Source: an uncultured Thermomicrobiales bacterium (lineage in GTDB: Bacteria; Chloroflexota; Chloroflexia; Thermomicrobiales; UBA6265). Taken from it: DNA of 64,000 bases. Each line of letters starts with the position of its first letter. Within the stretch, counting starts at the first letter, position 1. The notes under the pieces are model-generated. The model was not told the origin of the DNA, did not search any database, and saw only the letters and a list, made by a program, of their open reading frames with translations. This document shows positions 37,947-47,237 of the stretch, piece by piece. A program made the translations under genes and the position numbers. The stretch covers positions 407-64,406 of the forward strand of contig CAXTHM010000008.1 in assembly GCA_964244115.1 (NCBI GenBank), in the 5' to 3' direction.

Positions 37947-38759
37947 TCAGGCCCAGATCACGCCGCAGCCGTCTTCGCACTGGTCCGGATAGGCGTCATT
38001 GCATGCCTGGTCCAGCGAATCGATGCTGTCGCCGTTACACGGAAGGCATTGCGCGCTCGACCACGACCAGCAGGTGCCGATCGACCCGCCCGGGAGCGGA
38101 CCGACCTTGGACAGGCCGGCGTAGCAGTTGGAGATGTCCGGGCAGTCGTCGATGAACAGGCTGGCCTCGCCGAAGCTCGGCGCCAGGTCCTCGTCCGCCT
38201 GCCGCTGGGCCACGAAGTCCAGTCCGCCCTCGTAGTCGCTCAGGATGTTGACGCCGTAGGTGACGGACCCCGCGTCCGCGTCGTAGGCCGGGGTGAGCAA
38301 CTCGACGACGAGGATATCCTCGTTACCGTCGGCGTCGCTCGTGACCAGCGCCGCGTTGGGCGGGTTGTCCGGCGTGAAGCCCAGCCCGGTGAGGAAGGCC
38401 GGCGTCGGTGATTCGCCGAAGATCCGCTCGGGCCGGTCGGAGAAGTAGACCGTGCTGCCGGTGTGGCCTTCGAGCGTGAGTAGATAATCGGCCCCACCGC
38501 CCGTGACCGCGGTCCCGTCGACGGCGGGCGTCCCGGCATCGGGGTTGGCCGCGAAGGTGCCACTCGTGGCGGACTGGACGAAGAGGAACGTCGCGTCATC
38601 GCCGGACGGGGCGGGCGTCGCGTCCTGCGCCCGAGCGCCGATCGGCGATCTGGCGGCCAGACCGGCGGCGAGGCCGATTCCCGAGGCCTGGAGGGTGACC
38701 CGGCGGGAGAGACGGGCGGAGAGACGTCGGGTGAGGGGGGTGAGACGCTGAGCGTCCAT
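37947..38759 (-). CDS. Tat-exported protein with Cys-rich C-terminal module, unknown function
   Basis: Tat signal SRRVTLQASGIGLAAGLAA. 8 Cys in the last ~65 aa (CPDISNC...TCWSWSSAQCLPCNG...ACN...QCEDGCG). Confidence 0.6.
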   Translation of the reverse strand: MDAQRLTPLTRRLSARLSRRVTLQASGIGLAAGLAARSPIGARAQDATPAPSGDDATFLFVQSATSGTFAANPDAGTPAVDGTAVTGGGADYLLTLEGHTGSTVYFSDRPERIFGESPTPAFLTGLGFTPDNPPNAALVTSDADGNEDILVVELLTPAYDADAGSVTYGVNILSDYEGGLDFVAQRQADEDLAPSFGEASLFIDDCPDISNCYAGLSKVGPLPGGSIGTCWSWSSAQCLPCNGDSIDSLDQACNDAYPDQCEDGCGVIWA

Positions 38760-39248
38760 TGGGACTCCTGTGTCGTGATCGATCGCCATCGAGCCGTCCC
38801 AGGTCCTGACGGCTCCTGTCCCATTCTACCGAATGCTCGTCAGAAGCACGATTCTCGCAACGACCGGATCCCATGGAATATGGTCATGGCCCGGGTAGCC
38901 CGTCCGGCCCGGGTACGATACCGTCGGAGCCGCCGACCTGATACTGGCGGTGCTCTCCCCAGGGCGGAGCCGGCGGCTCTGACCCGCTGGCTCAAGGCAG
39001 ACGATTCCACCCGGGCATGCTGTCCGAGCCAGCGGCTGTGACCAGACAGGCGGACGCCGCTGGCCCCTTGCCCAGGGATGGCGTCGATGGCGTCATCCCA
39101 CTGCCGTTGACCGATGGGGCTCTGGTCGCTCCTCCGACGGTCCCTGGCCAACCCAGCTTTAGGTCGAGGCGTTCGCCGGTCGAGGATGGGGCGGAACGGA
39201 TCGAGGCCCTCCCCGGCAAGAAGACGGACGAACCGAGAGGTCGAGCGC

Positions 39249-39944
39249 GTGACGATCCGGGCGGTACTACTGGACTTCTCCGGAACCGTCGTCCACGAGG
39301 ACGATGCCGTCATCGCGCTGATCTGCGAGGAGATCCGCCGGACCGCGACCGTAGCGGCGACGGCGAGGGAGATCGGCCGGTTCTGGTGGGAGCAGTTCAG
39401 CCCGCTCTGCGACCGATCGTGGGGCGACGACTTCATCCCCCAGCGGGAAGCCGGTCTTCGGACGCTGGCGACGACGATCCGTCGCTTCGGCTCGTCCGCG
39501 GACCCGGAGAAGCTCATCGAGCCGCAGTTCCATCACTGGCGGGCTCCACCGCTGTTCGCGGACGCTGTGCCATTCCTCGCCTTCCTGCGGGATCGGGGAC
39601 TGCCGGTCTGCGTGATCTCCAATATCGATCGGGCCGACATCGAAGCGGCGATCACCCACCACGATCTCCGGTTCGACGGGCTCGTCACCAGCGACGATGC
39701 TCGGGCCGACAAACCACGGCCGGAGATGTTCCGGATGGGGCTGGACCTCCTCGGACTGGAGGTCGGCGACGTCCTCCACGTCGGTGACTCCCGGCCCAGC
39801 GACATCGTCGGGGCCCGGAACCTGTCGATCCCGGTCGCCTGGGTCAACCGGTCGCATCGAGACGCGGCGGGACAGCCACAGGCCGATCTCGTCGTCGCCA
39901 GTCTCGGCGCGCTGATACCGCTCATCGGTCGCGAGCAATCCTGA
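39249..39944 (+). CDS. HAD-superfamily hydrolase
   Basis: Motif I LLDFSGTV, motif II VISN, motif III/IV KPRPEMF ... HVGDSRPSD. Start GTG at 39249, or ATG at 39186. Confidence 0.8.
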   Translation: MTIRAVLLDFSGTVVHEDDAVIALICEEIRRTATVAATAREIGRFWWEQFSPLCDRSWGDDFIPQREAGLRTLATTIRRFGSSADPEKLIEPQFHHWRAPPLFADAVPFLAFLRDRGLPVCVISNIDRADIEAAITHHDLRFDGLVTSDDARADKPRPEMFRMGLDLLGLEVGDVLHVGDSRPSDIVGARNLSIPVAWVNRSHRDAAGQPQADLVVASLGALIPLIGREQS

Positions 39945-40494
39945 CCAGCCAACGACCGGAGCAGGTCGAGCGCACCGCCAAGCCACCGATTCGGCCCTTC
40001 AGCAGCCGCCCTCGCCTGCCTGTCACGGCGACGAAGGCCGGCCATCCAAACCCTGCTGTTCGGTCCCTCCAGATATGGGTCGGGCGCGATTCGTGACAAC
40101 GGGACACGAACCCGAACGGGTGTCCTGATTCCGGCCGACGGGAACGATCGCCAGCCGGTGCCCTTCCGGACAACAGGCGAGTTGTACGCAAAGAATGGTG
40201 CGGACAATTCGCATCCGCCCAACGACGCTCGCTCGCTCTCGCCGATGGCGATCGCTGTACCGAGCCGGACGGGGCTGTTCGCGCCCGATGTCCTGCGGGA
40301 AACGCTTCCGGAACGACCGGTCCTGGCTGAGCGATCGGCGGGATGGGCGGCTGACAATGGGACAAACGGTGACAGGGGAGCGGGGGGTCCGTACACTTTC
40401 GCTATGCACTTGCAGAGTAGATACTGCTGGCAAGGGCTCCGGACAGGGACTTCGACCCGCCTCGGTGGTGCGCCAGATCGACCGGCCGACCACG

Positions 40495-40911
40495 ATGACG
40501 ACCCATACGACGGACCGGCTCGGCCGGTCCCGGAGGTACCCCGCAGTGAGCGACGCGCAGGACATGCAGGACGTGCAGATCGATGTCGCGACCGGACCGG
40601 CCCCGCAGCCGTTCACGCCGGCGACCCAGCCAGCGACGGCGGACGGCGTTGCGCAGCCTGCCCAGACGACGGCGCCGGCGCGACCGCCGCTGGCCCGGCT
40701 CTACATGACCAGCGACCTCCGGGCCGCGACCGGCCTGGCCCGGACCCACATGGATTTCTACCTCCGTGAGGGACTGATCCAGCCGACGGCCCGGACCGAG
40801 AGCGGCTACCTGCTCTTCGACGACGGCGAACTGACGGTCCTGCGGGCGGTGATCGCCGCCCGGCAGGAGGGGCTCGGCATCCGCGAGATCCGGGCGCGGA
40901 TCGGCCGATAG
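40495..40911 (+). CDS. MerR-type HTH protein (HTH at the C-terminal end, no effector domain)
   Basis: LYMTSDLRAATGLARTHMDFYLREGLIQPTARTESGYLLFDDGELTVLRAVIAARQEGLGIREI matches the MerR HTH and wing. The N-terminal part is Q/A/P-rich. Start uncertain (40495 or 40564). Confidence 0.65.
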   Translation: MTTHTTDRLGRSRRYPAVSDAQDMQDVQIDVATGPAPQPFTPATQPATADGVAQPAQTTAPARPPLARLYMTSDLRAATGLARTHMDFYLREGLIQPTARTESGYLLFDDGELTVLRAVIAARQEGLGIREIRARIGR

Positions 40912-41079
40912 CGGCCAGCCATCGGACAGCGGCCTTCATACGAACGGATGCACGGCGGGACGGGGTAACGGGATGACGAGCGGGACGACGGGACAGCGAC
41001 AGCACGACGGAGGGCGATCCGGCAACCGGGTCGGCGCCGCTGGCTGCCGCCGTCCAGCCGGACCGGGCGGGGGCGGGCG

Positions 41080-42042
41080 ATGACGGTCTTCACCGCCTTC
41101 GGGCTCAGTCGCGAACCCTTCGGCCCGGAGCCGGACGCCGAGTCGTTCTACCCGGCCCTCGGCCACGAGGACTGCCTCGAGCGGCTCCGGCTGACCGTCG
41201 CCCTCGGGCTGGGCCTCGGGATCGTGACCGGGAGGACCGGTTACGGCACGTCGACCGTCCGGGCCGCGCTGCTGGACGAGATCGGCCATCACCCCGGCCT
41301 GACGATCGCACCGATCGACGACCCGACGGCCTGCCGGACGGACGTCCTGTTCCTCCGCCGGATCATGGGGCAGATCGGGCTGGCGGGGATCGGCCGGACC
41401 GGGCTGGACCTGACGACGGCCCTGCTGAGGGACCTCACGGCGCGGCGGGACGCCGGCGGGCACGTCCTGCTGGTGATCGACAACGCCCACGGCCTGGCTA
41501 GCAACCAGCTGGACGTGCTCCGGGCTCTGGTCGCCGCCGAGTCGCCGGCCCCGCTGACGGTGCTGCTGTTCGGTGAGCCGGAACTGACCGAGAAGGTCGC
41601 GCGCAAGCGCAACCTCGCCCAGCGGGCCGCGATGACCCACACCCTCAACCCGCTCAACCGGCGGGACACGGCCGGGCTGATCGCCCACCGGCTGACGGTC
41701 GCCGGCCTGCCGCAGGGGACGGACCTCTTCGCGACCGAGGCGATCGACGAGATCCACGTCGCGACCGGCGGGGTCCCGGCCGGGATCGTCGCGCTGGCGG
41801 CGGCGGCGATGGATGCGGCGGTCGCGGCCGGAACCACCACGATCGACGGCGACCTGGCCCGGCGGGTGATCGGCGCCGGCCTGACGACCGGCGGCCCCGA
41901 CGACGACACCACCCCGGCCCGGACCGCGACGACGGTCGTCCAGACCAGTTTCGCGGCCCAACTGGAGCAGCTCACCGCCTCCCTGGCGGACAGCACCGCG
42001 ACCGGGCGGACCGGTACGCGACGATCGGGAGGGAGACGATGA
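41080..42042 (+). CDS. ExeA/GspA-like AAA (AAA_22) protein with degenerate Walker motifs
   Basis: N-terminal FGLSREPF hallmark. Walker A position reads GRTGYGTST (no Lys). Walker B reads LLVIDNAH (Asn instead of Glu). LLFGEPEL segment is conserved. Confidence 0.75.
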   Translation: MTVFTAFGLSREPFGPEPDAESFYPALGHEDCLERLRLTVALGLGLGIVTGRTGYGTSTVRAALLDEIGHHPGLTIAPIDDPTACRTDVLFLRRIMGQIGLAGIGRTGLDLTTALLRDLTARRDAGGHVLLVIDNAHGLASNQLDVLRALVAAESPAPLTVLLFGEPELTEKVARKRNLAQRAAMTHTLNPLNRRDTAGLIAHRLTVAGLPQGTDLFATEAIDEIHVATGGVPAGIVALAAAAMDAAVAAGTTTIDGDLARRVIGAGLTTGGPDDDTTPARTATTVVQTSFAAQLEQLTASLADSTATGRTGTRRSGGRR

Positions 42043-42104
42043 GCAGCTCGCAGGCTATCGGATGTGCAATGCCAGGATCCGGGATAGCAGCGGCACCTCG
42101 CCTC

Positions 42105-42139
42105 ATCACCCCTGAGCCCGGTCCCTTCAGGGCCGGGTC
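42105..42139 (+). repeat. REP-B copy 1
   Basis: ATCACCCCTGAGCCCGGTCCCTTCAGGGCCGGGTC. Intergenic. Confidence 0.8.
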
Positions 42140-42771
42140 GACCGCCGCGAACGACACGGGACTCAGGCTCGGGTGCGAGGGGCATGTCGCGACGCGCGGC
42201 GGGCTCCTCACACCGGCGCCGGACCACTGTCAGACGACCGGCCACGCAGCACGCGCCAACGTGCCGGCGGGTCGGACCCTGATGGAGACCGATGACCGGA
42301 CGATCCGGACGGATCGAGTGCGACCGATGAGGAATCGGGGAGGGTGTGCGATCGGGATGACGCGACAGGCCGAGGAGACGGGCGCGACCCGGAACTCCGC
42401 ACGGTGGCCAATGGGCGGATCGGACCGGCGCCAACCGGGACGGACGGCCACACCGGCGGGGACGATGGGTTCGAGCCCGAAAAAAGCACCAGGCCGGCGC
42501 GCCAACGCCGACCCGATCGCTTGCCTCGCCACGCGAGACGGATGTGCTGTGTTGAGGTCGTCTCCGGGTTCGATGAGCTAAAGGCTGCCACACCGCCGCT
42601 CATCAGGTCCGGCTCACGAGACTGTCACCGTTGTTCCCTATCGAGGGAGGGTTCCGTGTACCCTGGCGACACCGATATTCTAGGCACGCCGTGGACGGTG
42701 TGTCAACACCGCGCGGTCACCGACCGGACGCAACCGTTCGCCGCCACGACCGCCCCCGGCGGGGGTGCGCG

Positions 42772-45054
42772 ATGAGCGACGGGCAGCGGCGTGCCGTGCG
42801 GGCCAGCCGCGTCCGGACCAGCCGGACGGCGACCGCAGTGGATCTCACCCAGGCGACGGCCGCAACGGAGGTCGTCACGGCGGCCCCGGTGCGCCCCGCG
42901 ACGGGTGCGGGCACCACGCCGGCGTCCGTCAGCGCGGTCCCCGCGAAGGTGACCAGGGCCAGCGCGAAGCGGCCGGCGAAGTCCCCGGCCAGCCCGGCGG
43001 CTCCGGTCGCCGGCGTCGATGCGACCACCACCACCCAGAGCGGCAGCGACACGCGCAAGCGGGGCTGGTTCTGGCACTGGAACAGCATCGTCACCCAGTT
43101 CGCCCCGCTGATCGGGTTGAAGGGCGTCGGGCTGCTCAACTCCTACACCGTCTGGACCGACCGGCGGGAGGATTCCCCGAACCGGGGCTACGCCTTCCCC
43201 TCGCAGCAGAGCGAGGCCGACTTCTACGGCGAGGAGCGGTCCGAACTGATCACGATCAACAAGATCCTGGTCGCCCTGGACCTGATCGAGATCCGCAAGG
43301 AGATGATCCTCAAGCCGGACGCGCAGGGGCGCCAGTGGCGGGTGCCCCACAACTTCTACCGAGTCAAGGACCACGACGATGGCTACGTCCTCAGTGCCCC
43401 GGCGGTCCTGAGCGTGATCCAGATCGCCGACCGGGACCGGAACGTCTACCGCTACCTGCGCCGGATCTTCTCGACCCGGTTCAGCCCGATCGGCTCCGAG
43501 AGCGTCTGGAACGACATCATGCCGACCCTGCGGCGAGACCCGACCTGGCAGCGGCTGGCGGCGAAGGTGGAGACCGAGGAGCGCCGGGCCAGCGACCGGA
43601 CCCGGGCCGGACACGCCGCCCGGCAGTCGGCGGCAGCCGCCACGGTCCTTTTCTCCGTGCCCGACGACGGTGACAACGGGGCGGCAAATGCCACCTTCAA
43701 CGACAGTATCATCCCATCGAGTGTCGTAGCCGGATCTTCAGATCCAACCGCTGTTGCAACGACCAACGAAGGTTCGACGGGCCTCGACGGGGTCGATGTT
43801 GCAGCGACCAACAACGGTTCGGGGATGGATGCTGCCGGGAGCAACAGTGGTTCGGGGCGAAAGCGGCCGAGCACTGTTGCCGGAGCCAACGTCGGTGCCT
43901 CAACCATCGTTGCGCCGACCAACACGATGTATGACCAAACGTTTTCTACTACGAGAACAACGACGGACACGGGAACAACAGATGAGTCGAATCGAAGCGT
44001 GGAAGGTTCTCGCAACCGGATCGGTCGCCGGGTCGCGGCTCGTCGAGTCGGCCGGGCGCTTCCCGTCATTGGCACCACGCCGGTGACCGCGCCGACCCCA
44101 GCGGCCACGCCGCTCATCACGCCAATCACGGTGGTCAGCCCATCCCGTCCCGCGGCAGACGGGGCCGGACCCGATGCCGGAGCGGCGGCGATCCGGGCGT
44201 TCGAGGACGCCAACGACAAGCCGTCGACCACGGCCCAGCGCCAACTCCTGACGACCCTGGCCGAGCAGTTCGACGCGGCGGCCCGCGAATCCGGCACCGG
44301 TTCGACCGGGTGGGCGTGGGTGACGGCGGCGATCTACGAGGCGGTCGAGTCGGGCAGCGCCTACGTCGCGCCCCGCCGGATCCGGGAGATCCTGGCTCGC
44401 TGGGAGCGGGAGGGTAAGCCGTCCGGCGATGACGATCCGGGGCGCGGTGGCCGGAGGGCGACCCGCGGCAACCGGGCGATTGCCGGAGCGACGCCGGCGT
44501 TCGTCCCGGAGGGAGCTCCGGCACGGCGACCGGCGATCGTGGCCCAGCAGCCGACCACCGCAACCGCTACCCTCGCCTCGCCGCGAACCGGTCCTCGCCG
44601 GGGGGGCTCCCAGAGACCGGCGGCATCGGTCGTCGCAACGACACCGGCTCCGGAGATGACGGCTCCGGTGGTCGCCACGGCGACCCGCCGAACGGCCCCG
44701 GCCGACACGACCTTCACGGTCGAGGAGTGCGGACTGGCCAGCACCCAGGTCTGGTCGGCGATGCTGACCGAGCTGGCCTTGGGCGGCGAGATCGCCCGGG
44801 CCGACCTCGAGAGCTGCATCCGCAGCGCCGAGCTGATTGGCCGTGGCGAGGGCGGGACGCTGGTGATCGGCGCCGGTTCCGCCGTCACGCAGCGCCGGGC
44901 CAGCCGTTACCTGCCCGTCATCCGCCGGGCGGCCGAGACGATCGTCGGCGTGCCAGTTCCGGTCGAGGTCGTCGTCCGCTCGGTCTGGCTGGCGGCGCAC
45001 CCGGATCGCGGCGTCACGGGCCTTGCCGACGACCGTCGCTCGTCAGGCGGATAA
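42772..45054 (+). CDS. Large multi-domain protein: wHTH-like, low-complexity, DnaD/DnaB_2-like and DnaA-N-like regions
   Basis: 760 aa from MSDGQRR. The nt 43060-43390 region resembles a replication-initiator wHTH (GYAFPSQQSEADFYG..RSELITINKILVALDLIEIRKE). The nt 44220-44420 region resembles DnaD C-terminal (AIYEAVESGSAYVAPRRIREILARWEREG). The C-terminal 90 aa resemble DnaA domain I. Confidence 0.7.
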   Translation: MSDGQRRAVRASRVRTSRTATAVDLTQATAATEVVTAAPVRPATGAGTTPASVSAVPAKVTRASAKRPAKSPASPAAPVAGVDATTTTQSGSDTRKRGWFWHWNSIVTQFAPLIGLKGVGLLNSYTVWTDRREDSPNRGYAFPSQQSEADFYGEERSELITINKILVALDLIEIRKEMILKPDAQGRQWRVPHNFYRVKDHDDGYVLSAPAVLSVIQIADRDRNVYRYLRRIFSTRFSPIGSESVWNDIMPTLRRDPTWQRLAAKVETEERRASDRTRAGHAARQSAAAATVLFSVPDDGDNGAANATFNDSIIPSSVVAGSSDPTAVATTNEGSTGLDGVDVAATNNGSGMDAAGSNSGSGRKRPSTVAGANVGASTIVAPTNTMYDQTFSTTRTTTDTGTTDESNRSVEGSRNRIGRRVAARRVGRALPVIGTTPVTAPTPAATPLITPITVVSPSRPAADGAGPDAGAAAIRAFEDANDKPSTTAQRQLLTTLAEQFDAAARESGTGSTGWAWVTAAIYEAVESGSAYVAPRRIREILARWEREGKPSGDDDPGRGGRRATRGNRAIAGATPAFVPEGAPARRPAIVAQQPTTATATLASPRTGPRRGGSQRPAASVVATTPAPEMTAPVVATATRRTAPADTTFTVEECGLASTQVWSAMLTELALGGEIARADLESCIRSAELIGRGEGGTLVIGAGSAVTQRRASRYLPVIRRAAETIVGVPVPVEVVVRSVWLAAHPDRGVTGLADDRRSSGG

Positions 45055-45229
45055 TCTTTCTGAGGACGATTTGCCGCAAGATGAAGATCGATCGAGATGA
45101 CCGCCGCTGGGCTTGCTTCCAGCGGCGGTCATCTCTATGTAAGGGCCAGAGTGGGCGGCGGCGGATTTCGTCGGTGGTGTGTCTACCATGAACATGCTAT
45201 GTCGGGTGGTCGGTGAGGTGCCCCGTGGT

Positions 45230-45264
45230 GACCCGGCCCTGAAGGGGCCGGGCTCAGGGGTGAT
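45230..45264 (-). repeat. REP-B copy 2 (inverted relative to copy 1)
   Basis: The reverse complement reads ATCACCCCTGAGCCCGGCCCCTTCAGGGCCGGGTC. Confidence 0.8.
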
Positions 45265-45425
45265 GGGGCGACAGGACATGTCATGTCATTAGCGAGCAGG
45301 GTAGTGTTCGATGATTAGGTAGATGATGTTACCGGACCACCGCGTGCGTCATGAACAGCGGGATGTGGAATCTTCGATCGATTCTGCGACATGACCCTCA
45401 TGACCCTATTGAAGAAGGGTTCCAA

Positions 45426-46121
45426 ATGACCAGGCCAGAACGGATCGCCGAGGGCGTCTACCGGATCGACGCGATTCCGATCCCGACCGCGATCAGCGTC
45501 CTGCTCATCGCGGGCGACGACGGCTGGACGCTCGTCGACACCGGGCTCGGCATCAGCGCCAGCCGGATCCAGTCGGCGCTGCGGGCGCTCGGAGCCGGAC
45601 CGGACGATCTGCGCCGGATCGTCCTGACGCACCACCACCCCGACCACATCGGCGGGGTGCCGGGGATGCGCGCCTGGGCGCCGGCGGCTGAGATCTGGGC
45701 GTCGGAGGGCGAGGCCGACATCATCGCCGGGACCCGCGCGGCCGACCCGATGCGCAACCCCCTCCTGCGACGCGGGATGGCCGCCCGGCGGTGGCCGACG
45801 GCGCCGGTGACGCGGACGCTGGCCGAGGGCGACGATGTCGCCGGGTTCCGGGTCATCGAGACGCCGGGTCACACCCGCGGCCACATCTCGCTGTTGCGGG
45901 AGGGTGACCTGCTGTTCACGGCCGACGCCTTCGGGAATCTGCTGCCGGGCGTCCGCGTCGGTGTGCTGGATCTCCTCTGCGACGACCCCGGACAGGCCAG
46001 GCGCTCGGCGGGCAGACTGGCCGGGATGGCCTGCTCGACCGTCGCCTTCAGCCACGGCGCGACCTTGCGGTCCGGCGCCCAGGCCGCATTGCGCGACGCC
46101 GTCGAGCGCGGTCGCGACTGA
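45426..46121 (+). CDS. MBL-fold metallo-hydrolase
   Basis: HxHxDH motif (LTHHHPDHIGG). Downstream ETPGHTRGH and FSHG. Confidence 0.85.
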   Translation: MTRPERIAEGVYRIDAIPIPTAISVLLIAGDDGWTLVDTGLGISASRIQSALRALGAGPDDLRRIVLTHHHPDHIGGVPGMRAWAPAAEIWASEGEADIIAGTRAADPMRNPLLRRGMAARRWPTAPVTRTLAEGDDVAGFRVIETPGHTRGHISLLREGDLLFTADAFGNLLPGVRVGVLDLLCDDPGQARRSAGRLAGMACSTVAFSHGATLRSGAQAALRDAVERGRD

Positions 46122-46281
46122 CCGCGCCGCGCAACGTGGCGCACGCCACGAACTGGTCGGCCGGCGCGTATGATGTCGGCTCGCCTCGTGGACGAGTCGC
46201 CCGCCAGACGTCGGACCGATCGACTCCGCCGTCACCGACGAGTCCCCTCGATAGGACACCACCCGCTGCCGGAGCCGCCGA

Positions 46282-47187
46282 ATGAGACCGTCCGGATCGA
46301 CCCTCGGCCTCGTCTGCCTCGCGACCACGATCGTCCTCTGGGGCAGCGCCTATGTCGCCATCCGGGTCGCGCTGGACGGCTTCAGCGTGGCCGGTCTGAC
46401 GGCAGGCCGGGTCGTCGTCTCGGGCCTGGTGCTGGCCGTGGTCGCCCCGTTCGTCGGGGTCCGGCGCCCGGCCCGGCGCGACCTGCCCCGTCTCGTGCTC
46501 TGCGGCATCGTCGGGGTGACCGGCTACCAGGTGCTGCTCAACGCCGGCCAGCGGACCGTCCCGGCCGGGACCACCAGCCTGCTCATCAACACCGCGCCGC
46601 TGTTTGCGGCCCTGCTGGCCTGGCTGCTCCTGCGGGACCATCCGGGCGGACGGAGATGGGCCGGGATCGCCATCGGCTTCGTCGGTGCGGCCGTCATGGC
46701 CCTCGGTGAGGGGGACGGGCTCCGTCTGAGCGGGAACGCGCTGCTGATCGTCATCGCCGCGCTCTGCTTCGCCCTCTTCATCGTCCTGCAGAAGCCGCTG
46801 CTGCGCCGGTACAGCGGCATCGAGGTGACCTGTTACGCCATGTGGGCGGGGACGCTCGTCGCCCTGCCGTTCGTCCCCGCGCTGGCTGGCGACCTGCCTT
46901 CCGCCGGCACCGGTCCCGTGCTCGCCGTCCTGTTCCTCGGCATCGCCACCAGCGCGATCGGCTTCGCGACGTGGGCGTACGCGCTGTCCCGGTTCGACGT
47001 CGCGACGACCGCCAACGCCCTCTACCTGCTGCCGATCGTCGCCGTCTCCGCCGGCTGGCTGATCCTCGGCGAGCAGCCGCACCCGATCGCGCTGGTCGGC
47101 GGCGCGGTCGTTCTGACCGGCGTGATGATCAGCCGCAGCCGTCCGCAGCCCGCACGCTCCCCGCGAGCGGTCGACCAGCCAGCGTGA
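46282..47187 (+). CDS. EamA/DMT family transporter
   Basis: 10-TM pattern with two EamA halves (WGSAYVAIR ...). GGAG RBS. Confidence 0.85.
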   Translation: MRPSGSTLGLVCLATTIVLWGSAYVAIRVALDGFSVAGLTAGRVVVSGLVLAVVAPFVGVRRPARRDLPRLVLCGIVGVTGYQVLLNAGQRTVPAGTTSLLINTAPLFAALLAWLLLRDHPGGRRWAGIAIGFVGAAVMALGEGDGLRLSGNALLIVIAALCFALFIVLQKPLLRRYSGIEVTCYAMWAGTLVALPFVPALAGDLPSAGTGPVLAVLFLGIATSAIGFATWAYALSRFDVATTANALYLLPIVAVSAGWLILGEQPHPIALVGGAVVLTGVMISRSRPQPARSPRAVDQPA

Positions 47188-47237
47188 TCCGATCGCACCC
47201 ATTCGGTCCGAAGATGGTTTGATCTCGAACGACGACA

